Assembly (NCBI GenBank): GCA_964482725.1
Contig: CAYZYT010000002.1
Coordinates: 5,591-69,590 of the forward strand
DNA: 64,000 nt
Source: an uncultured bacterium
GTDB lineage: Bacteria > Omnitrophota > Omnitrophia > Omnitrophales > Aquincolibacteriaceae
Direction of reading: 5' to 3'
In this document: piece by piece, positions 28,901 through 40,900 of the stretch
Numbering within the stretch: the stretch's first letter is position 1
How the letters are laid out: each line of letters begins with the position of its first letter
Notes under the pieces: generated by a model
Seen by the model: only the letters and a program-made list of their open reading frames with translations
The model's database searches: none
Told to the model about the DNA's origin: nothing
Program-made: the position numbers and the translations under genes

Positions 28901-31900
28901 ATCGGCCTAGGGGCTATGGACATCGCCGCATCCCGATTCCAGCAGACCGGTCGGTTGAGTATTTCTTCGGCGGTCACGGGTTCTCACGTGATGCGGCTTA
29001 TCTGGACCAACGATCAGGCCGCGAGTAGTCAGGACAACAACATTCAGATCAATAGTATTCGTACCGCAAAGGTGTTATCCGTTTCTCCAACGCCGGAGCC
29101 GCTGGTGATTTCACAAGCAACGGGGGCTTCCTATATTGCGCCGACCGATGTCAGTTCAAGTAACGTGTGGTATCGATGGTCCGTAGACGCTGCGACCCAA
29201 AGTATCTACACGTACGGAGATACCGCTGAGATGGCGCAGCAGCCTGGGGCTGCGTATTATTCCATGGATTTCGGGAATACGCTCGGAAGTCGGGATCTGG
29301 AACTGAACGTTCAGAATTATGCCTACAACGGACAGCCGCCAGTGGCAAACAGCGTTTTCAGCGTGCAGTCCCAGGTTTGCATGAAGACTGCTTGTACTAC
29401 GGATGCCGATTGGATGAACCTCGGTGTTATGAACATCGCGGCTTCCACGACGGGTCAGACCGGACGTTTGGCGGTTGAAGGGATCATGGGGGTCCACGCG
29501 GTCCGTTTTCTGTGGCTGAATAATATCGGCCAGTCCGGCCAGGACAATAACATTCAGATCAACAGTGTTCGTGTTCTTGACCGCGCGCCGTCTTCGTTCC
29601 AGCATATTGCGATCGAGGATACGAGCCAGGGCACGGACGGACCGGGATACCGTCGCTTTGGCCTCGTCGCTTTCCGTGATGCGATGACCGGGGTGAATTA
29701 TTATAAAGTCCAGGTCTATGACGGGGAAGGCGGTCGTTATATGACGGATGGGGCGGGGAATGAATTAAAGATCACGTACGATCCGACCAAGACCTACACC
29801 GCGGATTTCCGGTTCGCGGGGGATCAGATCCAGTTGGTGTTTGGCGTCAAAGATGCTGTCGGGACCGTGGTTGCGACGACCTCCTCCGTCGGATGGAAAC
29901 AGGCGAATATTCACTCCTGGATCTATCGCGGAACCGCGACTGTTTCGGAAGCCCGGACAGGGACCCAGACCATCCAGTATTCGCGAGGCGCGGCCTATCT
30001 TGCCGGGAGAGAATACAATTACTACAAAGGCGGCAAACTCGAGCACATCGATGTGTTTTCGATAGAGGCCGGCCGCTATGAGTTGACGCAGAAACGGTTC
30101 TTCTACAACGAGCCCGCGGATATCCTGAAATACGGCGAAGGTTCAGTCCGGATGCTCGAGTATTACGAAAGCGCCGGGAGCGATGCCCAGAACGTGCTCT
30201 TGCCGCGGACGCTGGCAAGCCGGACCTACTATAATTACAACACTTCGGCCGGGTATACGGGCCAAAACCGGTTGACGGATACGAAGACGTATGCGGTTCT
30301 AGGCGGCAGCACATTGACGCCGGGGAAAGATACGTTCCTCAAACAACAGGAACTCTATAACACCAGCGAGCTCTACACTCCGGAGCTTTGTGCGGCCTAT
30401 CAAAGTTGCTACGGCGCTGCGCAGTATGGCCACAAATCCGTACTAGTTTATAATTACGAAGGACTTCCGCAGGGGGGCACGAGCTCTTATACCACAAGCG
30501 GGACTTCTGAGGTGCTCTCGCAGGTGAACGGAAATGCGGCGCTCTCGTCGTTGGACGACGGCAGCATTGTGATGAATGGGACGGGCATGGGTTATTCAAG
30601 TAATGTCGCTTCTGAGTCGACGTCCCTATCCGGCCTGGAGTCGATTTCTGCGGATTTTCAACCGAAACAATTAATTTCCGGGCCTGAGCGTATTTCTGTC
30701 ACGAACGGTTCTTCGATCCTGCCGCCAACGAACACGACCCAGCGCGACGATGGGTATGAGGGATGGTTCACATCTGGAACAAGCGGTTACGCGTACCGGC
30801 CAGGTTTTGTTTACTACTCCATGGATTTCGGGAATGGGGAAGAAGATAGACAGCTCGAACTCTCCGTGCAAAACATTGCCTTTGAAAACCTGCCGCCGGT
30901 GGCGAACAGCTTTTTCAATGTGACCGCTCAGGTTTGTTTGAAAACAAGCTGTACGGTAGATGCCGATTGGACGAATCTCGGCACTATGGATATTAGCGCG
31001 TCGATTTCTGAACAGGTCGGACGGCTGACCGTTCCTTCGGGGATCGAGGGAAACCGCGCGGTTCGTTTTTATTGGGCCAACAATCTTTGGACAGATTCTG
31101 AGAATAACAACCTGCAGATCAACAGCATTCGCGTTCTGGATGCGACGCCTTCAACGCTCCTGCATATGTCTGCCGAAAGCGGAATCGCCGGGACGGCCAG
31201 CTATCGCCGGTTCGGACTGGTTGCTTATGAGGGAAGCGCGGGCAATTATTTTAAGGTTGAGACCATAACCGGTACCACATGGGGGGGGTGGCTCAAGGAC
31301 GGGGCGGGGAATGATATCAAACTCACGTATGACCCGGCAAAGACCTACTCGCTTGATTTCGTGTTTTCCGGCGGAAACATCCAGCTCTACTTGCATGAGA
31401 AAGGAACAGCACGTCCGGCTACCGCTAGCGCTTCAGTCTCATCGTCCGGCTGGTCGCAGGCGGCGATCCATTCCTGGATTTGGCGCGGGCAGGTCATAAT
31501 CCAATCCGTTACAAAAAAAGTCTCAGGCGTCGCAGCAGCGGCGGCTGTTCCATGGACAGGGCTTACCCAAGTAGCAGCAAGCGGAGCGAGTGTTTATCGG
31601 CTTAGCGAGGGCGCCATTGATTACGTGATGGACTTTGGTGATACGACTCAAGCCGGTCTGCAACTTCTGATCAATGCACAGAATTATTCCAATAACGGTC
31701 TTCCTCCCGTTCCGGGTTCGACATTTAATGTCAAGGTGGAGGTCTGTGAATCTGGAACGAGCTGTGGGGCTTCGGGTTGGACTTCGCTAGGAGTGATGGA
31801 CATCAATGCCTCGGCGGAAGCTCAAACCGGATCGCTTTCATTTTCTGGAAATTACACCGGAAAACATGCCGTTCGTGTTACTTGGCTCAATGATCTCTCC

Positions 31901-34900
31901 GGAACGGGTTCTGATAATAATTTCCAAATCAACGGTCTGACGCTGCAGACCGGATATGCCTCCGACATCTTCAGCTATGCGGTCCATCATTACGATGCGA
32001 TCACGCATGCCATGGCGAGTGACAGCAATTACGAGAGGCATTATGTGCCGCCCGCGACGGTTTCTACGCCGGTCGTGGTGGCCGGATCCTCGGTTGTGAC
32101 CGGAACGGGCGCCGGCTGGTACACAACAAGAGAAGGGGCGGTCCATGCGTTTAACGACAGCACTCAGGGTTCTGGACCGGTGCTTTACAACATGGATTTC
32201 GGGACCGGAGGCAGTTCCTGGAATCTTGCGATAAGCGCGCAAAATTATTCTAACATGCCGGTCTCGGGTTCCACATACCAGATCGCGGTGTCGATATGCC
32301 TGGAAGCCGCCTGCACCCAGGAAAGTCAGTGGACCAATCTTGGTACGCTGGGTATCGATGCAACCCCAGCGGCGGTCACGGGAGACCTCAGTATTGATCG
32401 GGCGATTTCCGCGGGGAGCCACACAGTTCGCCTGCAATGGCTGAACAACATGATGCCCGATTCGACCCACGATAATAATCTTCAGATCAATTCGCTCCAG
32501 CTCTTCCATAAACAAGAGGCGCAAGTCCCGGGGACCCCGCAGGATGCAAGGGTATCGGAAACTTACTACCGCGCGGACGGGGCTATTTCCAAGATCGACG
32601 CCTTTACCTGGGGCACCAACACGATCAAGAATACGACGACCTTCGTTTTTATGGAGTCCACTCAGGAAGGCGACATGCCGCCGGTCCTGCTTTACACGGT
32701 CAACACGAACGGGAGTTATTCGATCTACAACACCGCATTCGAGGCCGGAGTTATTCTCCCGGGAACCTTGACCCCTCTTTCCTGGGGCGGCTCCGATCCT
32801 GCGTCTCCGGCAGTCCTTTCGTCCAAACAATGCGGACCCAGGGTCGTGCAGGAAATGACTCGCGTTGGTGACCAGGTCCAGCGGACGAACTACACGTACC
32901 GTCAGGATGGGACGCTCCAAATGACCACGGCCCGGCAGCTGGATTCCGCCGGTTTGCATATTACTTCAGTGTCATCGTTCGACGCGACGGGCAAACGGAT
33001 CCAGACGGTGGATTCGTACGCCTGGATGTCAGGGCGGAATGGGGCGCCGTACAATCCGGTGAGTGCCCGCGAAACTTATTTTTATCATGACGGTGCCTAC
33101 GCAAGCTATATCGAGCATACCGAACAGCGCGCGGTGAGCGCGAACGGCACGGTGGCGAGCGAGATCGCTTCGAGTACCGATTACGGCAATTCCATAAGCG
33201 GGAGATCTTCCAAGCTCCGGACGACTTATTTTGCCACGAACCGTCAGGATGTTTACACGTACAACGCGGCGGGACAGCTTGCTTCCTCGACCCAATACCG
33301 GACCTCTTCCGGCCAGGCACAATCGGTCAGTTATTACGATCCCGAGACTAACCGTCTGCTTCGCTCCTATTCGATCGCCGGGAACGCAACGGAAGTTTAC
33401 ACCTATCGGGCCGACGGCACCTTGAAAGAATCCCGGTCCTACGAAGGGGATTGCGGTCCGCTCTGGACGCCGGTCGTGGGGCATCTTGATTCGCTCAAGG
33501 TTTACGACCGGTTCGGAAAAATGACGGATTCTTACTCGTATTCCGATTACGCGGCTGATATGCATGAAGTTTATACGTATTGTGTTCAGGCCTCCTGCAC
33601 GGACGATCAGATCGGAAAATTGAAAACCTCCCTGGTTTATCGCGTCGTCGACGGGGTTCTGACCCAGGAAAAGACCTACAATCTCGAGACCGGGGTCCTG
33701 ATGACCTCTGTAGACAAAGTCAACAACCTGACGACGACATTTGAATACAACGGAAATCGTGAGCTGATTCGAAGCAGCGTCTTCACTCTCGAGGGGGGGA
33801 AGAAGTCCACCACCACTTATGATCCGGCCAATTACAGCCGTCAGACCCGCACGGAAAGTTACGCGACGGACGGAACGACGGTGGTCGGTTGGACGGAGAA
33901 TTGGTATGACGCAACCGGAGCTTTAATGAAGTCCGTTTCCCAGGGCGGTTGGACCCGGACGGAAACGACTTTTTCCGGTTCCCGTGGGCATGAGCGCGCC
34001 ACCCTGGCAAATGTTTATACCAGCATTTATAGCTGGGCCGCCGGGCAGGTTTGGGACACGGATTGGGGTGATGCGGGAGGCATGCGCAATGTGGTGGCCG
34101 GGTTTGTCGCAACAGGGTCGCTCATTTATGCGTGCGGCGGCACTGGGGAAGGAAGTGCCTGTGAGCTTCACACGTTCAATTACACGTTCGATTACGGGGC
34201 GGGCGGCGAGAATGGGGTGACCCAGACCGGAACTGAATGGCGTTTCGATTCGAATTCTTCGGACAGTGTTACGACGCGGAACGGCTACGCGATCCGGAAC
34301 GGAACGCTCAACACCTATACCTACAAAACGGTTCAGGATGTCAACGGCCGCACGGTTTCCACAGAATCCCGGAACAGCAGCGGGGTAGTCACGGACAGGA
34401 CCTATGGCTACCAATACGACCAAAATGGCAACGCGCTCCGGTACACCAGCTACAGCCGGAGTACCGATGGGAAAACCCATACGTACACGGTGAACCAAAC
34501 CTATAACGCGGTGGGTCAACTTGTGCAAACCGCCCAGTACGAGGGCAGTAAGCTTGTTTCCATAACGACCTACACGTATCGTGCCAGCGGAGTTTTAGCG
34601 CAATCCGTCAATATTTCCTATGATGACCAAGGACGTCAGGATACGAGGAATACGACGACGTACGATTCCTTGGGACGCGCCGCGAGCACCAACACTTATT
34701 TCTTTGCCGGAGGGGCGACTCAGAACAGCATTGATTCTGCCCGCCGGGCGATCGCCCGGGCCCGGGCTGCGCAGCGTGCGGCTTCCCAGCTAGCGTCCGC
34801 TTCTCAGAACCTCCAAAAAGCTGTCCAACTCCAGAAGGAAGCCCAGAGAAACGCGGCGCAATCCAGAGCACTCCTCGCCCAAGCGAAAGTTCTTATTGCC

Positions 34901-37900
34901 AGGGCTCAAGCCCAGATCGCCTCCGCGATAGCCACGTTGAAACGTCTCGGGGGCAGCTACGCCACTATGGCTAATTTGGTTGAATTGGCGGGGAAAAGCA
35001 TGCTGGCATTTTCGAATGGGGGTACTTATGACATCGAATGCGCCAGCATCCTGGCAGGCCTTGTGTCTCGCTATATGCAGGGTGACAGAAGCGTTGCGCT
35101 TTTGCAGATTTCCGCCGACAGCTATGCGATCGTCGGCGCCGATTCGGTGACCACAAATCCTCTCACCGGAGAGACGGTCATCACCTATTCCGGGTTCTCC
35201 ACGAATGGAAAGAATAATGATGCCCACTGGATGAATATGACGGATACGATGCGAGCCGACGGTCAGATGTCACGCCGTGTGATCTCGAACCAAAGCAATG
35301 CCGAAGACACGATCACCATGGATTATGTCTACAACGCCGCCGGTCAGCTCCTCTATTACAACACACGTGTGGATACTCCGGATACATGGTTCATGTCAGG
35401 TTACCATTCGTCCAGTCGAACCTACGCCGACTCTTCCGCGGGCCAAGCGGCCATGGAGGCTGATTTTGCCGCGGCCGCCGCCACAGCGGGTATTTCGGTC
35501 CACGACTACATTGCGCAACACACCACGGACCGGACTTGGACTATCGATGAAGATCAGGCAGGAATTAATGGCTGGGGCCGCACTACGATTGTGGTGGTCT
35601 GTGTTGTTGTTGGTTTCTTGATCGGCGGTCCTTATGGCGCTATCGCTGGATTGATCGTTGGAATTGTTCTCTGTGTTGCCATCAACAATGCGGATAATTG
35701 GTTTGGAACTTCGGAGCAGAAAATGGCCAGTTACTGCATGGCGGCCGTGTTGGCGGTAGCTTCCTGGTATTGTCCGGCGCTGTGGTTGCTGTGGGCCGCG
35801 GTGTCAGCGGTCTGGACCTATGGCACGACAGGGGACTTGAAAGCGGCCGTAACCGCCTTCGCGATCGCCGTTGTCATGCATTACATTAATCTCGCTATAC
35901 CCGTCGAGGGACTAGGGACTGCTGCGGGAATAGCTGCAAGCACAATTCCTATTGTTCAGGCCATTGTCAGTTTTGTGGTTCAAGTGGCGATTTTGACAGT
36001 TATTAATATGGTGGTTTATGGGACTGCGGATTATCTTACGCAGTCGGGGCGTAACAAGAGAAGTTGGACCGAGTGCATGTCGGACACATCCAAATATGCC
36101 CTTATCATGGCGGTTATTGCGGTTGGAATGAGGTTCCTCGGGAGATGGTGGAGAGGAGAAAGCCCGTCGGCAAGCTTACGCCCTCCAGTAGCACCCAAAC
36201 CACCCCCTTTCAGCATTGTAGGGGCCTCGGCAATATTTTTATCTAATATTATGACGAGCATTGTTATGGGCTCGGAAGGGACGCAAGACACTTTAAAAGG
36301 ATGGGGCCTTGGCGAGGCCGAGGATACTGACAATCCCAATGATATTAATATCGCGCGTCGTGTTTTTTCAGGCGTTTTAAACGGAATGATCAGCGGGTTG
36401 GTTGGGCAGTTTGCGCCGGGTAACAGCATGCTCTCTTTCCAATTCTTGATGAGTGCCGCGATGGGAGGATTGAACGCTCTTTTTAGCGCAAGTATTGCCA
36501 ATGCCTTGATGCCGAGCGTGACTGCGGAAGGGATGTATTCAGAGGCTGTGACAGACCTGATGGGGAAATTCACGAGCGGTGTTTTTGATATGTTCCAAGA
36601 GAGCTTTTTGCAGGGGCGGCCCTTGACCGCGGCTCAAAAGGAACAGGCTTATGATACGGCCAAGGCGAGTGGCGCCTTTGACAAACAGGACGATCTAAAC
36701 GGACTGACGCTCGACCAATGGATAAACGGAAAGGATATCGGAGGTTGGCATGCGCAATTTGCTTGGAATCCGGATAAACAATGCGTCGCCACAACCCTTT
36801 TGCTTGGAGGGCGAGCGATCACCTTGCAGGGGAATCAGCAGCTCAATACTTTTCTGGGAATACTCGGGGCTGATCCGTCAAAAGTCACACCGGTGATGTT
36901 TATTACAGCGCTCGCAAAAGCGCTTTTTAATGCCGACGTAAAAAACCTCGGCTCCAAAAGCACGGCGGAACGGGCCCAAGAGGATTCCGCCAAAGAGTCG
37001 ATTAAAGTCGTGGTGGATGGCGTCACCCTTTCAATCGATGTCCTCCGATCTTCGGAGATGGTAACGCCTGAAGTGGCGGAAAGGGCCCTACGGACTTTTA
37101 TTTCAAAATATGGCAATCTGAAAACCCTATTGACGTCGGGCAATACGAACGCCCTGGGAGATCTTTTGGGAGCGATGCAGACGTCTATGAAGTCCGGGGA
37201 ACTTCGGGGCATCCTTTCCGTAACATTCGAAAACGTCAATCTTGGCAAGTTGGGGCTCGCGAGTTCCTTGACCGTCACGGGCGATTCGGTTTCCGCGACG
37301 ATCGAGTCCGCAGGGTTGGCCTGGACGATCACCGGCAAAGACTTCGCGGATATGCTTTCGGTCGGCGATCTTCTAAAATCTGCGTTGGATAAATCCGGAT
37401 TGGGGGCACTCCTGCTTGCCGGGGAAAGGGATTTTGGCAAGTTGACGGATGCCTTGATCTCGTTTGGCGATCTCCTTCAGCAGGGGCTTCTGGACGGACA
37501 AAGCATTAAGGCGACTTTTATCATGAAGTACACGGCAGAAAACGGAAAAGTGCTCGACATCACCGTCACATTCACGTGGACCAAAGATGCGGTGGCCTAC
37601 AACGCCACTATCAAATTGGCGGACGGTTCTTCCGTCACCATCGAGGCGACGGTCCGCAACACCAAAGAAGCGATCCACGATATCAAGACCGTCGCCAACC
37701 TTGCCGCTCAATACGATTCGCTTTATTTTACCCAAGCCAATATCGGAAAAGTGATCGAGTTTATGACGAGGGTATTCGACTTGCTGGGTCTGGGGGAGGG
37801 CGGTCTTTATGCGACTCAGATGAAGCTCACATTCAAGGACATCGAAGGGAATCTTTTTTCATTCACCTTGACCAAAACCAAAGGCGGAACGGCCGCAAAC

Positions 37901-40900
37901 ACCAACGTGCTTTTTGAGGTTCAGCTCGTCAATGGCATCAAGCTGAAAGGTCAGGGGACGGGGATCGAGGCGACGGCTAACGGGGTTTTTGCGCTGGCGT
38001 CCATTGTCAAGGCTCCCAAATATGCCACGCTGAACACCATGATCGCGGACAATCCCCAAGCGTGGAGTTTGCTTACGGAATGTATCACGGAGATCATCGG
38101 CGCTGTCCGGAGCGGCAAGATCACGCTGATCGATTTCTCGCTCGAATTGAAGTGGGGAACGTTTGTTTTTGATGTGGCGAAGCAGACCGTTCAATATATG
38201 AATGTCCTGGCCCAGACGCAGGACAAGACGCGCTTTGCGCTGTCAGGCAAATTTGGATTCGATAAGGTGAGTGACGGGCTCAATCAAACGCAGCAATTAA
38301 GGGGGTTGGCCGCGGGTTCCGCGACCTTGGGAGATTTTATCGGGGCCGCCTACAAGCAATTGACGGTGACGGCTCAAAAACTGGGCTCGCTTGATGAGGT
38401 GCAGACGGTGTCCCAGCAGGTGGCGATGGGAGAACTGGGGATCACGGCTTTTGAAAAGAGCGGGGCGGCGATCGGAGAATTTTTCCTTTCCGCGATCAAT
38501 GTCAATGGCCAGATTTTCAACGGCTTGCGAGCCGTGATCTCGTTCGCGGGCAAGGATGGCACGACTCTGAAATGGTCGACCCCGACTTTTATTTCCGAGA
38601 GAAAGGGTGACGGAAGCGCTGCAGGGACCGCGATGTATCAGAAAATTTCCGGGGTGGTTGAAACCCTCCGGACGCGGGCGGCGGGTATTTCGCTGGATCC
38701 GATTGCGGCAGGAGGCGAATTGCGCGGATTTCTCGCGGAGCTGCAGAAAATCTATACGGCCCCCGGAGCGATCATGGCCGGTCTTTCGATCCTGCAGGGT
38801 TCGCTGATGCGCATGGAGTTCCTGGTGGGACCCAAACAGATGGCTTTAGGCGGGCTTGTTTTTGACGGGGTCAATTTCCGTTTTAGCGGAACATTGAACC
38901 TGGATCCCAAAGGGGTGAACCGTCTGGAAGTGTCGGGCAAAGCTGGTTCTCTGGAGTCGGTGATCGGTAATTTCGCGAATATGGACACGACCCTCCGATG
39001 GATCTCTAAGTACACCGATGTGGTGAACAAACTTGCGGTGGGAGGATCCAAGCTGACGGGGGTGGACGGGTTGAGATTCCTGGCCGACATTGAGGCGGAG
39101 TTGACCAAGCAAGGGATCCAAAACACTTTGCAGGGCACGGCGATCATGGGCCTGTTCCAGCAGGTGATCTTTGGGGGTTCCCCGGCGGCTGAGTTTTTGA
39201 CCATCAATTCGAAATTGAAGGATGGGAGTATAGTCCAGACCTTCAGTCTGAACGGTAATGCCATTCTAATGGACCCCGAACATAATCGGATTATGGTGAA
39301 TGGAATTACCACGTCGATGACACGGGACAGTCTTAAAACGAGCTCGGGTCAACAGAGCGGGAAAGTCTCCCTGATAAGGACCGAGCAGGGGGCGCTCTAT
39401 CTTTCGACGGATCTTGGGAGCAGCGGTAACAGTGCGCAGTACGAGGCCAGCGCGGCGCTGGCGTTGGCGCAATTTTATGCGGAAACAGGGCTTGCGCTTT
39501 CGGGGTTTCAATTCTCAGGAACGATCGGCGGGGTGCTTCAGGCCGGACGGCGTACTTACACCGAAATCGTTAATTTTCAACTGGCCGGGGGAGTGTTCAC
39601 GCGGGACGCCAAATCCCCGGTCGTGGTGAATTATACGTATACCAATGCGTACCGAAGCTTCACGGTCTCTACGGCCTTTGAGGCGATGGGGAAAGCGGAC
39701 GAGTACACGCAAAATAGAGCCTCGGCGCTTCTGGATGCTGCCGGAGGGGCTGCCACGCCTGCAGAATTTTCGGCGGCGCTTCTGCCGGGAGGCGGCTTAC
39801 AGGGATTCTTCGGGGCTTCCGCGATGAATGCTATTTTGACAGGCGGTGCGTTTACGACTGGAGAGAAGAGCTGGAGTTTTTCGCTCATTGCCGGAACACT
39901 GGATCTAAAAACAGGTATGGGTATTTATTCGGGTGTCACGCGGGATGGAAATAAATTTTTAATGGGAGTGCCCGAGTGGCAGAAAGCCGGCGGGTTCGGG
40001 ACATTGGACAAGGCTTCCGGGACATTCAGGGATACGCTCGGCAAAGAACTTCCCGGATTCCGCGTCAATCGCATGACTCCCGACCAGATCCCCGTCGATT
40101 CCAAAACAAGTCTGCCAGTAGGGGTGACCTACCCTCTGCAGATCAAGGATAACGCGACTCTCGGCCTCGCTACACGAACTGCGCTCGACGGATTCTATCG
40201 CAGCGAATACGGGTTTTCATTCAGTCTCCTTGGTACCAACGGCGCCATCATTCTTCTCGACTCAAAATTCAATGCGTTGTGGGTCACCCGGGAAAATGAT
40301 CTTTCGAAAATCAATGACCGGGGGCTGACCGGAGTCGGGGTGAATCTCGGCAAAGTTGCTGTGAATGAGAATGGGACTTGGTATGCCGACACGGTGAAGG
40401 AAAAGTATGGGAATTCTCAAGTCGTGTCCGGGACCCTCCGAACTAATGAGGGACGTACAATTTCGATCAACTCCGCAGCACAGGTCTCGGGTTATGTTTT
40501 TGGCGGAAATCTTTCCAATTTGAGCATTGTTTCTCAAACGGCCGCCGCCGATTTGGCGCAGGCGTCCGGTCTGGTTTATCAACGCGGGATGACCGTCTTT
40601 TTCAGCGGGGGTGCCGCTGTGGGATGGGGCGACCTCCGGTTCGATGGAGGCAGGCCGAATGTCCAGAATGCGGTGATCGACGGAAGAGTTTACATCTATA
40701 GCAGTGCGGCGAATGCGTGCGTGGGTGGCGATTCGCGGAAGGTGGTCAACACTTGGAGCGCGGACCAGCAAGGAAACATCCCCGTATCCATGGAAGGAAA
40801 TAAGGTCGCGGATTATGCAAAGCGCGTGACGGGATATGATTTCAAGGACTCGGGATATGCCGGGTTGACGTTGGAAGAGCAAAAGACAGGGGGCGATTTT

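Larger units (their letters stand above)
24121..32510 (+). other. Lectin-like region. Seven copies of an unrecognised roughly 120-aa Cys-pair domain at about 24121-24480, 26632-26985, 28737-29075, 29251-29595, 30805-31155, 31618-31955 and 32171-32510. Five copies of a ConA/LamG-like jelly-roll candidate (YRRFGLVAF.D…NYYKVQ…YT.DF.F..G.I.LYF.EKG…ASIS..GW.QA.HSWIYRGTA..QEVR) at about 24530-24830, 27040-27360, 27830-28150, 29650-29950 and 31200-31500.
   Basis: Conserved motif of the Cys-pair domain: YY.MNFG…L.LNVQN…V..QVC....C…DW..LG.M.I.AS…QTG.L…H.VR..WLND…DNN.QINS.R.LD. Copies aligned by eye; conserved C-x(3,4)-C pair in the Cys-pair domain. Confidence 0.6.
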
